From: Eledone cirrhosa
Lineage: Eukaryota
Length of the DNA: 64,000 nt
NCBI GenBank assembly: GCA_964016885.1
Contig: OZ024742.1
Coordinates: forward strand, 138,260,001 to 138,324,000
Direction of reading: 5' to 3'
Position numbers and translations under genes: made by a program. Below, one piece after another: positions 40,140 through 53,543 of the stretch. The notes beneath the pieces are model-generated. The model did no database searches and was not told where the DNA came from. It saw only the letters and a list, made by a program, of their open reading frames with translations. Position 1 is the stretch's first letter. Each line of letters starts with the position of its first letter.

Positions 40140-43100
40140 GTCCAGTTACTGTAGATTCACCAGGGTGAGCACTCGGTGCGTAGTTCCAGTAAGTATAGAG
40201 GTGTAGTACTAAGCAGAGTACTACACTACTAATGGTCGGAGGGACGGATCACCCACACCCTTCCTAAAGAAGAGCCACATGTAATTTTTTTTTGTACCTC
40301 TCCCAACTTGTTTTCCTCCTATCCTAGCCAACATGTCTACTCTCAGAATAGGTAGCATAAATGTACGTGGCCTGGGATCGTCTTGGAAAGGGGCACCTGC
40401 TGAACGATCTCAGGTCGCTAAACATCGATGTGGTGGCCATCAGCGAGACCAGAATCTCCGAGGCACGGGCCTTCGCGCCGATCTTCGGCGGCTACGATGT
40501 GTACGCATCTCCCAGCCGTCCTGGATCGGGAGACTGTGTGGGATTAGCGGATAGGGGAGGAGGGTGCAAGAGCCTCACCAACCTGCACAGGTGTTTTGAA
40601 CTGTCTGACAGGTACCGATTGGATTTCCCGAATGTACCAATGTGGACTTGGACAAACCGCGTCGGGTCATCAAGATCATATCTAGATAGAGTATTTTGTA
40701 GGGAAATAGATAAGTCTAGCATAGGCTGTCCGCAATTCAAGATAGTCAGCTACACGGACCACAAATTCGTGATCTGTGTGCTTGACTTAGATAGGCTTCA
40801 TAGACGAGGACCCGGCTACTGGAAGCTAAACGCGTCCTTACCAGCGCGCAAGGCCTACAGAGACCGGATTAGCGAACTAGTCAAGCGGGCGTTGACGGGG
40901 GCCATCGTCAAAAACAAGTGCTTGCAGCGAAATTGGCCATTGCCCAATTCTTCAATGCTAAGCACGAAGGCTGCGTTGTCAGAGCTAGGGTGTGTGCTCT
41001 CAGACACGAGGGAACGAAAGCCGTTCAATGGGCCCGAGTGGCGGAGGCGCGTCGTGGCAACAAAGCCACGATCCGGTCTTTGGTGGACCACAACGGGCCC
41101 ATGCTACTGGATCCTAGGCAAATGTGTGAAGCGACACTTCGCTCAGCTGTTCGGGGGCAGGCTGGGCCGGATCGAGGGATGGACTTTAGTGTCTACCTCG
41201 ACGGAGTTCCGCGGCTCTCGGCCACTGAGGCGGAGTATTACGAAAAGCCGATAACAGCCGCTGAAGTACGGGAGGCAATGACTGGCTGCACAAGAGGTAA
41301 ATCGCCTTTTTTGGATGGTCTGCCCTATGAACTTTACGTACAGATGCCAGACTTGTTCGGAGGCCTCTTGGTGGACGTCTACTGCAACTGGCAACAGACC
41401 GAAATAATTCCCAGCTCTGTGAGCCGAGGAGCTGTGGCACTGCTGAGAAAGGATCCGAACAAGGGGGATAACATAGATAATTTCAGTCCCATAACTCTGC
41501 TAAAGACAGAGTTCAAGATTTGGCCAAGGTGCTAGCAAAGAGGTTGGCGCTTGTCGTTGGTGGTCTGGTGGGAGAGGCGCTGACATTCGCAATTCCTGAC
41601 AGATCCATCCACGACAACCTCCACCTCATGCGATACATCGTAGAGAGGGTAGCTAGGGAACCTGGCACGGGTGGGTCCTTGATCAATTTAGATGAGTCAA
41701 AAGCTTTCGATAGGGTCGACCATCGTTACCTAGCGGCAGTCCTGAGCGCGGCTGGCTTTGGGCCTGTCTTCAGAGGCTGGATCGCTGCCATGCACAGCGA
41801 CATCTGCTCCGTGGTGAGAGTGAACGGTCACCTTTCGGAACCGTTCAACTTCATGCGCTCGGTCCGCCAAGGATGTCCCCTCTCGTCCCTCTTGTACGTA
41901 TTGACTCTCGAGCCATTACTGCACAAACTGGAGACGTTGAGAGGGTTCCCGCTCGAACTAGGATGCGGAAGATCCGTGTCAGCATATGCGGACGATGTCA
42001 CCGTAGTGGTGTCGAACGCCAAACACATCGAGGCGATCGGCACTACAATAAGAGAATACGAAGCGGTGACAGGAGCAATGATCAACCAGGAAAAGTCAGT
42101 GGGCCTGCAGCTCGGCACCTGGGGAGGCAGGCCCATGCGGTCCAACAGCGTCGTCGGGCGCTGGACGGACGGACCGGTTAAATTGCTAGGGGTATGGTTC
42201 GGTCCGGACCTTCAGACGGTCAAAAACTAGGACGAGATGACGAGTAGGGTGGTTTTTCTAACCCAGAAAGCTATCGCTGAAAGGTCGAGCGGAGGTGGCT
42301 AACGCGTACATCGCGTCCGTCATCTACTACCACCTGACCGTCGTACCTTGTCCTAAGAGCCCCCCCTCCACCAGACTGCACTGGAGCGTTTGCTCTTTCG
42401 CTTTTTGTGGAAGGGACGTGCTCCGATGGTCAGGTGGTCCATCTGCTGTCAACACCCGCTACGTGGTCGGCTGGGCATGCTGTGGCTGATAATGCGCAGA
42501 CACGCGCTCAGGCTACGACATCTTCACCTCTTCCTCGACAGTGATCAGGTGTGGTCGCTGTTTGCTAGACGCGTCTTTCCCCAGCTCGTCTCCTTGACGG
42601 AGCTGCAGTCCTGGGTCAAGCGAAGACCGAGAAGGACCTATTGGAGACTGGAATGTCTTCAGGCGCTCACAACTCTCGACCAATCGGGCAATGTGATCGG
42701 TGGAAACTCCACCTTGGCGTTCTATAGAGGATTAGTGGAGGGGAAGAGCGACGACGTACTTGGAGAAACTCTAGGCGTCGACGAAAATCAACTAGCCAAT
42801 CTCTTTGGAAGAATTTTCGGGCCGGGGCCTATGGACAACTTCCAGAAATCCCTGGCCTGGCAGTGCTACCGAGGAGCTTTGCCAGTTCGGGATAAACTCT
42901 AAAGGCATGGAGGTGGCGTTAGCCGGGCATGTCCGAGATGCGCGCAAAGCGACGAAACCGTACCTCACGCACTTGTCCAGTGTCCGATCATTGCTGACTT
43001 GTGGGTTTATGTCGAACACCTGCTGTCACGTGTAGGACGGATCCAGCTATCAGCTGAGTCGATCGTGAGGATTGCCCCGCTCTCTTCATTTAGCCGGGAA

Positions 43101-43896
43101 GGGCAGGCAGTTTTTATCTGTCTGGTGGCCATGGCGAAAGAGATAGTATGGTGGACACGTTTGAAAGGGCTGAAGATGAGCATTTACCTCTTCGGTGATG
43201 TCCTGATTAACTTTTTCAAATGAAATTTGAAAAGGAAAATCAGGGTAGAGAGGGAAGTGCTCTCTTCCCAGCATTTTGTTGAAAGATGGGTGAGAGAAGC
43301 AAGTATGGCCCGAGTGAATGGGCCTACTCTGAGTATGTGTCTGTAAATTAAAGGTGGAAAACTGGGAGAGGGCATTTGCCCTGGTGGTCAGGGTCACTGT
43401 GGCCTTTTAATGGGCTTTCTCCACAAATGTCCCTCGGAAGTCTCCCCCCTATTGGGGAATTTTTCATTGTTATTTTTTTTTTACATCCTCTGTATTTGTT
43501 TTTTTACACGAAGAAATGCCCATTTGTACCGTCCTGTATTGTCTTGTACTGTCCTTAATGTCTACTTTGTGTAAACCATTGTGGGTGTGAATGGGCCTAC
43601 TCTGACCATGCGCCTATAAGCTAGATAACTTGAGGAGAGGGGTGCTCTCCCTGGGTGCCCTAGAAGCGCAGGGTGGTTCAGGATTGGTGGGGTACCCGAA
43701 TCACCCCAGGGTCGTCCTCCCCCTATCGGGGAATTTATCTTGTTATATTTATGCATAGTTTATTTTATATTTTTATATTTTCATTGTTAAATTAGTCTTG
43801 CCATTGTGCACTTTTACTCGACCTTATTGTAAACCTCCACTGTCCGTGTCTTTGTATTGTCCCCTACATGTCGGTCCTAGTGGCTAATAAATGAAA

Positions 43897-43897
<1 letters not shown>
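40140..43897 (+). mobile_element. L1/Tx1-clade LINE, decayed ORF2 (APE plus RT) with 3' UTR
   Basis: GSINVRGL, SYLDRVF, GPGYWKLN, LDESKAFDRVDH, VRQGCPLS and AYADD across 40333-43347. aataaa at ~43886, then (TTA)n. Confidence 0.92.

Positions 43898-43952
<55 letters not shown>
43898..43952. repeat. (TTA)n microsatellite shared by two converging LINE 3' ends
   Basis: Trinucleotide run directly visible. Confidence 0.95.
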
Positions 43953-43953
<1 letters not shown>

Positions 43954-46900
43954 TATGAGTCTCAGTCATTGATGTTATTTAACTGGAATGTTTGTTGAAA
44001 TAAATATCGAGCCACTACCAGCAGCCTCAGATATTCAGGACGTATCGGAGGGTTCTTGCTGTTACCAGCAAGCATGCTTTTTGAAGTGTTCCAAAATGCG
44101 GGGCTGGACAAATTTTCTTTAACCATCCTTGGAAACTCTTTGAGATAGTACCTAGTGCGCCTATGACAATCGGGACGACTCTGACTTCATGGCAGTTACA
44201 AATCCTTTTTACCTCCCACTTTAAGTCCTGCTATCGGTTAATTTTCTCCCTCTCCCTTTCTTGCACTCTCGTGTCAAATGGGCAGGCTACATCTACAATC
44301 AGGCATGATCTTTTTTTTTTTTTCTCCAAAACCACCAGGTCAGGCCTATTGTGTTCCAGTTTCTAGTCCGTCTGTATCATAAAATCCCATAGCACCTTCA
44401 ACCGATCGTTTTCTATCACCGACTCTGGCTTATGCACATACCACTTCTTAGAATGTGGTAAATTGTTTACTTTGCATAGGTGCCAGTGGATTACCCTGCC
44501 CATCACATCATGTCTCCAACCTTTATAGTGAGTCTGGGTTTGGTGTTTACACTTGGATACAATGTGAGCCACAGTCTCCTCTCTCTCTCCACAGATCCTA
44601 CACAGTGGGCTAGCCTCCTTCTTGTAAACTTGGTGTTTCACCCACTTTGTTCTGAGGGCCTGCTCTTGCGCAGCCATTAGCATTCCTTCTGTAGCCTGTT
44701 TAAGGTCTCCTCTTTTTAACCAGTTCCATGTCTGTGGATCTCTAAATTCAGTTTTCTCAAATATGGTACTATGAAGGGATTTTTCATAAAGGTTGCTCTT
44801 CCTCCTTGCTGTTATTTCCTCCTTGGACATCCCCTGGTCTATTGTGCTCTCCTTCAGTACAATTCTGAGCATTGGCTTCCTACTGTCACTCACGTATTTG
44901 TGCAGGTTGTTTTTCTCCATCTGAACACAGTCCTCTATGCTGATAAGACCTCTTCCGCCTTCAGATCTCCTTAAGTAGAGTCTATCGACATCACTCCTCT
45001 TGTGGAACATGTTGTAGATAGTCAATAGCTTCCTAGTCTTCCTATCCATTTCATTTTGTTCAGCAACATTCCATTTCAGAATTCCCGCACTGTACCTAAT
45101 AATAGACACAGCTCGGGAATTCACTGCACTTATGACATTCCTACTATTTAGATGTGATTTTAATATCCTCCTTACTCTCCTAATGTACTCAGATCTTATC
45201 AATTCCTTCATTTTTTTTTTTCTTGATGTCATCTGCCTCCAGAACACCTAAATATTTCTATTCTTCTTCAGTGTCAATATCCTTTATCATCTCACCAGTT
45301 GGTACCTGGATTCCGTTGCCTCTGCTCAATTTACTCCTCCTCCAACTGTCTGATGTTATCTGCAGCCCTGAAGATCTCTAGGCTTTTGGTTATCGAAGAA
45401 TGAGGTACCATTTCGAATGCCTTTTTGTAATTTATCCATCCCATTGCAAGACCAGTCTGTCTCCTCTTGCAATTCCCACATTACCATCTTATCAATAAGT
45501 AACTGGTCTTTTGTACCACGGGACTTCTTTCTGCATCCTTTCTATTCGTCCGGTAACAAGTTGTTTATGTGGAGGTGATGGTAGATTTCCTCAGACACAA
45601 TGCTTATTAACAGTATCCACATTACAGACAGATATGTGATAGGTCTATAGTTGGTAACATCCTTACCCTTGATTCGGCCTTTCATTACCGTAACTGTGGT
45701 ACCTTTTGTCAACCACTTTGGTACCTCACCCGACATCAAGCAGTCATTGAACATGGTTGTTAGTTTCGGGTGGAGGGGTGTTATATTGTTGATCCAATAC
45801 CCCTGCAAACCATCTGGACCTGGTGATTTCCAGTTGGTTACTTTTTTGGCCTGCCCTTTAAGAATTTCAACTGTGATACTCAAATCAGTTTGTTGGTGTA
45901 CCTGTTCACTAATCTCCGTTTGTACTGTCTCAATCCACACTGCCTGATCATTATGTTCAACATCCTGCTCCCATATTCTCCTCCAGAATGTCTTAGTCTG
46001 TTCCGCCTCAGGGATCAAGTCGTTGCCTCTTTCTTTCCCTTCAACATCTACCCAAACAATATCTTCTGGGTGTTGTCTAACATGCGGTTCTGTCTATACT
46101 GACTGACTCTGCTCTCATACCGCCTAATCTTTACACTCTTTGCTACAATGCGTTGCTTCAATTCTTCTATGCTGATATTTAGCTTTTTCCTCCTAGTTTT
46201 GTACTTTATTTACAGTCTATTTTTAGCGTCTGTTTTGTAGTGTCCCATTCTGTAGGTACTCAAGCTTTCCAATGTCATTTCTCATTTCCTTGATTTGACC
46301 ATTCAGTTGTTTCGTCCATCAAGGTTCTGATATTTCTTGTTTGTTGTTTCCTCTCGTTTTTATGCCAAGTAATTTCCTCAGCGCATTTTCTGTTGCTTTG
46401 AGGATATTGTTGCATTGGTGAAGGTTGCTCGCCTCAAGGTATGGGATGTCTTTCTTTACCTTAGCTGTTGTTTCTTTTAACTTTTTCCTGTCTATTTCAT
46501 CTACCACTAAGTTTTGGATATCAACCAAATCTTGTCCTAGCCCGTCAGCATTCATTTTCTCAATAGCCGCATCCTTGTTCCACATGTTATTTATGTCAGC
46601 ATTCAGATCATTGTCTGGTTCGGATGCTTCCTCCGGTCTCTCAACCTCTTCACGTTCATTTCCCACTGGCTCGTTTGCCTGGCATACTCCACTCTCCATT
46701 TTCAACCTAATCTCTCTGCTCAGTTCCTCCAGTTCCAACTCGCTTATCCATCCATCAGTTCTTATTACCCGGGCCTGCCAGGCCAATTTTTGTTCATCTA
46801 ATTTAAATAGACCAATCTCGTTCCAGATGTTATGCATCCGTTTCCTATAGCCTTTTTCCTTGGAGTTACTCTTCAGATAACATTGCATAATATTTCTATT

Positions 46901-47180
46901 CAAATCTTTCGTCCAGGTGGTTCTTGTCCCTTTCCTTCTTCTTTTTCCTCCAACACAAGCAGTATTTGGATGACAGCCAGGTCCCTGCTGCTGGGCCAGG
47001 GAGCACCTTCTGGGTGACGGTCTGTCACATAACGTTCCAGTCTCCTCTTCACCGTTATTCGAACTGTTTAGGTTCGACATTTAAACACTCATATCGAGTA
47101 TTGGTGAATGTATGGTTACATAACCAAGGGTGATTTAATTACCCCCGGTGATTTTAGCGTGGCACCATCACGCTGTAGAC
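43953..47180 (-). mobile_element. R4/Dong-like non-LTR retrotransposon (RT plus restriction-like endonuclease), internally deleted
   Basis: NWKSPGPDG, NYRPIT, RSEGGRGL, CRIC..ETVAHIVSKC, RHD and LWDF.IQTD. The 3' end abuts (TAA)n. Confidence 0.88.
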
Positions 47181-47489
47181 GAATATAAATAAATAAACAA
47201 CAAAATAGATAAAAACTAAAAAAAATAAATAAAGGTAAGTTTCATTGTAATGTTTGAATGTCTGACTTAGTTTTTTTGTTTGTTTGTTTGTTTTTTTCCT
47301 TTGCGTTTTTCGTTTTTCAAGGCCAGTAACATCGGTTACTAGTGTTGTTGTTGCTGCTGCTGTTGCTGCTGCTTCTGCTGCTGCTGCTAAGGGAAGTAGG
47401 AGTTGTTGTGTTCAAAACTTTTGAAATTTGTGTTTGTTGTTGCGTTTCCTTCTGTCTGTGTTCTGTTCTATAATTTTTCGACTTGTTGC

Positions 47490-47780
47490 TTTGGCAGTAT
47501 CGGTAGAGGGTCGGACGCCATGCTTCCCAGCATAGCTACGTCCCTTTGCGGTCTGAGTTCAAATCCTGCCGAGGTTAACTTTGCCTTTCATCCTTACGGG
47601 GTCGATAAAATAAAGTACCAGTAATGTACTGGGTAATTGATGGCCTTGTGCCAAAAGTAGAAACAATTATTATTTTTATTTTTCCTTTCATCCTTACGGG
47701 GCCGACAAAACAATACACCAGCAACACACCGGGACAATTGCTGGCTCCGTGCCAAAAGCAGAAACAATTATTATTATTAT
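47490..47780 (+). mobile_element. SINE copy plus tandem partial copy
   Basis: Matches the 5577-5760 family. The 3' half is duplicated at ~47680-47780. Confidence 0.8.
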
Positions 47781-48391
47781 ATTATAGTTTAAATTTGACA
47801 TCGTTTAAACTAAATATTTTGAGAGAGTTTAGAGATACAACATAATTATTTTGGTGATGTTGTTGTTGTTGTTTGCTGTTTGACCAAGTCACTAACACAG
47901 TCTATTTATATCTTTTGATACCTTCCTCGCTTCTTTTCATGTGTAGCGGCACTACCACCATCCCTCTCTTAAGTGGTGAGGGAATAGTGGTGGTAGCGAT
48001 GACGCAGTGGTGGCGGTGGTGATGGGATAGCAGTACTATAGGGATGGTGCCGGTTTGTATTTGGCTAGATTTTTTTGTGGTAGTGGTGATGGTGATGGTG
48101 GCGGCGGCGGTGGTGGTGTTGGTGTTGAAGTTATTTGGCTGTTTGGCTGTTGTTTTCTAGCCATTTTCTTTTCTGACTATAAAATTTCTGGTACAAAATT
48201 AAATATTAAATATTGGAGCCGTATGCCATAATGTGATGCGTTGCCACTTCCTGAGAGTAAAAACCTGATATCTTATGTTCCATTTGTAATAAGAATTATT
48301 CTATCACACTTGTTTTAAATATGTAAAAAATCAAAAACATACAGGACGATTCCATAACACTCTATCCACCGTGTGCGTATCTTTCCTTGCT

Positions 48392-49115
48392 ATTATTATT
48401 ATTATTGTTGTTGTTCTTTGAGTCTCAGTCATTGATGTTATTTAACTGGAAAGTTTGTTGAAATAAATAAGAAGCCACTACCTGCAGCCTCAGATATTCA
48501 GGACGTATCGGAGGGTCCTTGCTGCTCCCAGCAAGCATGCCTTTTGAAGTGTTCCAAAAAGCGGGGCGGGGCCAATTTTCTTTAACCATCCCTGGAAACT
48601 CTTTGAGATAGTACCTAGTGCGCCTATGACAATCGGGACCACTTTGACTTCATGGCAGTTCCAAATCCTTTTTACCTGCCATTTTAAGTCCTGGTATCGG
48701 TTTCTCCCTCTCCTTCTCTTGCACTCTCGTGTCGAATGGGCAGGCCACATCCACAATCAGGCACGATCTTTTTTCCTTGTCCAAAATCACCAGGTCAGGT
48801 CTATTGTGTTCCAGTTTCTTGTCCGTCTGTATCCTAAAATGCCACAGCACCTTCACCGACTCTGGCATATGCTCATACCACTTCTCAGAATGTGGTAAAT
48901 TGTTTACTTTGCATAGGTGCCAGTGGATCACCCTGCCCATCACATCATGTCTCCAGCCTTTATAGTGTGTCTGGGCTAGGTGTTTACACTCGGATACAAT
49001 GTGAGCCACAGTCTCCTCTCTCTCTCTCTCTCTCTTCACAGATCCTGCACAGTGGGCTAGCCTCCTCCTTCTAAATATGGTGTTTCAGCTACTTTGTTTT
49101 GAGGGTCTGCTCTAT
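48392..49115 (-). mobile_element. 3' fragment of the same R4/Dong-like family as 43953-47180
   Basis: ETVAHIVSEC..RHD..HNRPDLVILD..VVPIVIGALG. The 3' UTR is nearly identical to 43955-44030 and is flanked by ATT repeats. Confidence 0.85.
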
Positions 49116-49134
49116 TATTATCGTTATTATTATT

Positions 49135-52100
49135 ACAGCTGCATTTATCTTGCTTTATGTTCATACGAGTTATCACCAAGTCACAACCAGTGACCTCAAG
49201 AGACAACAAGGTCCGCCATGTTCAAGAAAGAACATACATACTCACACATGCAGCTTTAGGTGTTTTGACTTGTGATGTACTTATATTGACAGAATCTTCC
49301 TTAGTATATGGGCAGTTCCCATTAGTACTATCTTTTGTATTTCTCCTATACGCGGGTTTCCTGGGATTTGCGATAAGTAATCATTAGACCCCTTAGGTAT
49401 CATTCCTAGAGCGCCTACAACCACTGGTATTGTTTTAGTTCTCAATTTCCACATTTTTCCAATTTCTATCTCCAGGTCCTTATACTTGCTCAATTTTTAA
49501 AATGTTTTTATAGATACATTCTTGTCTATTGGAACGGACATATCAATTAGCAGGCATACTCTCTTTTTAAAGTCCTTCAGTATTATATCAGGTCTATTTG
49601 CATCTATTTTTCGGTCTGTTTGCATGCTAAAGTTCCACAAGATTGAGATGTGATCTTTTTCAAGTATGGGAGGTGGTTGATGCTCCCACCAATTCTTTTG
49701 ATGGGGCAGGTCAAAATGCTTACACATTATCCAATGTATGTATTGTGCAACTCTGTCATGCCTGTTTAGGTATTCGGTTGGAGCTATAGGACTGCACATT
49801 GAAATTATATGGTCAATGGTCTCTGGTTGTTTTTTACATACACGGCATAATGGGCTGCATCCATTTTTTATTATGTTGGCTTGGTAATTTTTTGTTGACA
49901 GACACTGATCTTGTGCTGATATAATCAGTCCTTCAGTCTCCGATTTCAGTCCAGAGGTAGCCAACCACTGATGGGTTAAAGTTTTGTCCACATCAGGATT
50001 GTTAGCTCGTTTTGGGGTATTTTCCATACAGAGGCTTTTCTTGCCATTTCTTAGCCAGTTTCTGTAGCAGTTCTTTCTTTGCAGTTACTTTTACCTGGTT
50101 TGCTTTTTCTGTGTTTTCCATTTCAGCAGTAAATGGGACTTCTGAAATTTGTAGTCCATTACTATATCTTTGTGCATCTTTTGTAATGGAGTATGATCTT
50201 TTGATGCTTTCGTGTTTCAAAACGCGTTTGATCATCCAATCATGTGATTCCCTTAGATATGTAGATAATCCAATTGTTGCAGTTTTCAACGCAATGTCTA
50301 ACTGGATTAACCCACGTCCTCCTTCTTTCCTAGGGAGATATATTCTATCTGTATCTGCCTTAGGGTGATACATTCTGTGCATGGTTAAGAATTTTCGAAT
50401 TTTTGTATCGAGCCTACGGATCTCTGTGCTTGACCAGTTGATGACATTGTAACTGTAGGTTACTACTGGTATGGCAAGCGTGTTTATGGCATCGATCCTA
50501 TTCCTTGCATTCAATTCCGTTCTTAAGATTGCTCTTACTCTGTGGTAACATTCCTTCCTTATCCTTTCCCTCATTGTCGAGTGCTTGATTCCGTCTCCTT
50601 CACAAACACCTAGATATTTGTAAGTTTTTTCTTGATCAAGTTCTCTTATCACATTCCCCCGATCAAGATTAATGCCTGAACTTTTCAGCAGCTTTCCTCT
50701 GGTGAACGTTGCTTTGGCGCATTTATCTAGTCCAAACTCCATTTTAATGTCATCACTGAACTGCTGCACAGTGGATAATAGCCTTTGCAATTGTTCATTT
50801 TTTGCAAATAGTTTCAGGTCATCCATGAGTGATTAATGGTTTTGTCATAGACTTTATATCCATGTTTTGCTTCATTGAGCATTTTACTTAATGGTATAAG
50901 CGCGATGCAGAATAAAAGCGGTGATAAAGAGTCACCCTGAAAAATTCCACAATTAATATTAACTTCTCCAGCTTCCAGTGATTTTGTTTCACTATTCAAA
51001 AGGAGCGTCGTTTTCCATGTCTTCATACTGAATGACAAAAACCTCCTGACAATGGGGGATATTTTGAAAATCTCTTAACATTTATCAATCCCACTGTGGC
51101 AAACTATCGAGTGCTTTTTTATAATCTATCCAAGCAATTGATAGATTTTTGTGTCTATTATGACAATCTTCCAGTATCATTTTGTTAACCAAAAGCTGAA
51201 CCTTACAGCCATATGAGCCTCGTTTACACCATTTGTGCTCAATGGGAAATAGGTCATTTGTTATCAGGTGGTCATATGTATATTCAGTTAGGACTGATGT
51301 TAAAATTTTATACATTGTGGTCAAGCAAGTTATCGGTCTGTAATTTTGGGGATTGTTTGTCTCATTATTCTTCGGAAGCAGGAATGTAATGCCGTTAACT
51401 AGCCATGATGGTATCTTTTCTGGCACCTTAACTATGTCATTGTAAAGTTGGGCTAACAGCTCATGAGACTCTGTGAAGGCATTTATCCAAAAATTTTGTA
51501 TTTTTTCTTTTCTCGGGATTTCCATTTGTTGATTTTTCTAAGAGCTAAACGCAACTGTTCAACTGTTATATTTTCCCATATTTGTTCCTCAAGGTGAGCT
51601 GTATCTTTTATTTGTCTGTCTATCCATGGGGCATGTATAATATGAACTTTTTCTTCTGCCCAGATCTTTTCCCAGAATTCTTGCACTTCCTCCTTGGGTG
51701 GTATTGATTTAGCAGTTATTGTTAACTTGCCAATTTTTCTGTAGAAGTTTCTTTGGTTGTTTTTTAACATATTATTGTCCTTATAGAATCTAGATCGTTT
51801 TTCAAAGCGCCTTATACGAGCAGCTTTGGCCGACACTTTTTGCTTGATTATTTCTATCAGCATGTCTATGTCACTTGTTGATTTTATACTGTACTTTCTA
51901 TCCAATTTTCTAAGTTTAGTTTGTTTAACATGTTCACCTACTTTATAGTTTGTTAAAATTTCTATGTCAGATCGGAGAAGGTTTATTTGGCGATTGATGT
52001 TCTCTTGCCAAGTAGATTTCTTGTGGGAATTCCTTTGTTTTTTCATTTTCACTCCACATAAGTGAGTGGTGACTTTAGCCGATGCATAATAGAGATGATT

Positions 52101-53085
52101 TAAATCAGTAATGTTTAGTTTGTTTGTGATGATAATGTTTTTGAGAATTATGTTAGTCTTGTGTATTATCTTTTGGTTCTGTTTGGAGTTCTGGATCTTA
52201 GGGAGGGTGTCTCATTCCCCCATGTCAGATTCTTTCATTTTCATCCATTCGATCATAATTTCATCCTTCAAGTTGGCAAGTTCATTCTCATTCATTTCTT
52301 TATCATTTACGATCTCATTGTTTTCATTTTGAGTTTCATCTTGAGCATGCACTTCCTCCATTTTTTCGATCCTTTCTTTAATTTGTTCTGTTGTCAGTGA
52401 TTCCGCCCCAACCCTGGGATTCGAAGTGTTACAATTTACCTCGTTTTCACTGACACATGTTTCATTTTCCCTTCGCTGACTTTGTGCTAATAGCTTGATC
52501 TGATCAATTTCTATATCAGTTAGTAACTATTTTTTTACAATATTTCTTCGTATATTGGCTAGTTTGTTACTGTCAATATAGCCTCTGCTTTCGGGATGTT
52601 TCTTTTTCCAATTGATATATGTCTGTTCTCTATTCGATGTATTTGATGGGTAGTATATGGCAGTGTAGAAAGCCTCAAGGACTTCTTTATTATCTTCCCT
52701 TGACCATTTTTCTCTTTTTTTCTTTGGATTTCTAGGTGGTGAGCATGGAGGGCGAACAGAAAGAGTATTCCGGTTATGGGAGGTCTCCAGCTCCGAAATG
52801 ATGGGTAGGTTTGAACCATTAGCTGATTTTTCGACCCCAGTCTGGTTCCTCTCTGAGGGACGCGGCCCTTTTTGAACCGGGTGACGGCCGATCCGGTATG
52901 AGATTTTATCATTTGACATTTACTTTATTTTGTCGCGTTTTATCCTTATCCGCCAAGGGGTAATCATTTCGTGTTACCACTTCTAAGACGAGTGTCAACC
53001 AAGACTAGAGGGGTCGTCCTCCCCTAGAGATACGGCTATTCCCCACTGGCCGCCATCCCGGTATTTCTGGGTCACGGGGTTTTCT
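49135..53085 (-). mobile_element. Second R4/Dong-like family, near full length, frameshifted
   Basis: NYRPITCL, WIDYKKALDS, GIFQGDSLSPLLF, MDDLKL, CRVC..HIISMC, RHD, NRPDI and PVVVGALG across 49281-52919. Confidence 0.9.
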
Positions 53086-53489
53086 TTTTTGTTGTTTTTT
53101 TTAAATCGTTATTATCATGAGTGGTTCCTTAATGTGAGCATTGCGTGGCTTAAGAATGAAATTATTAATAATATAATATACTTTTTGCTGAAGTTGCCTG
53201 TTATTGTTGTTGGCTATGTCGGTGGTTGTGCCGGGGCTTGTTCTGCTGGTGGGGAAGGGGGAGCCAGCAGTGCCATAGGCGCTGACGTTTGGCCGGTGGT
53301 CGGGTCACTAATTCAATCTATTTATATCTTTTGCTAGCCTCTCCCTTGTCTAGTGATACCGTCACCTTCCCCTTTCTTAAGTTAACAGAAGGTAATGGGG
53401 GAATAGTGGTGGTAGCAATGAAGGAGTGGTGGCGGCGGTGATGGGATAGTGGTAGCAATGTAATTATTATTATTATTACTATTATTATT

Positions 53490-53537
<48 letters not shown>

Positions 53538-53543
<6 letters not shown>

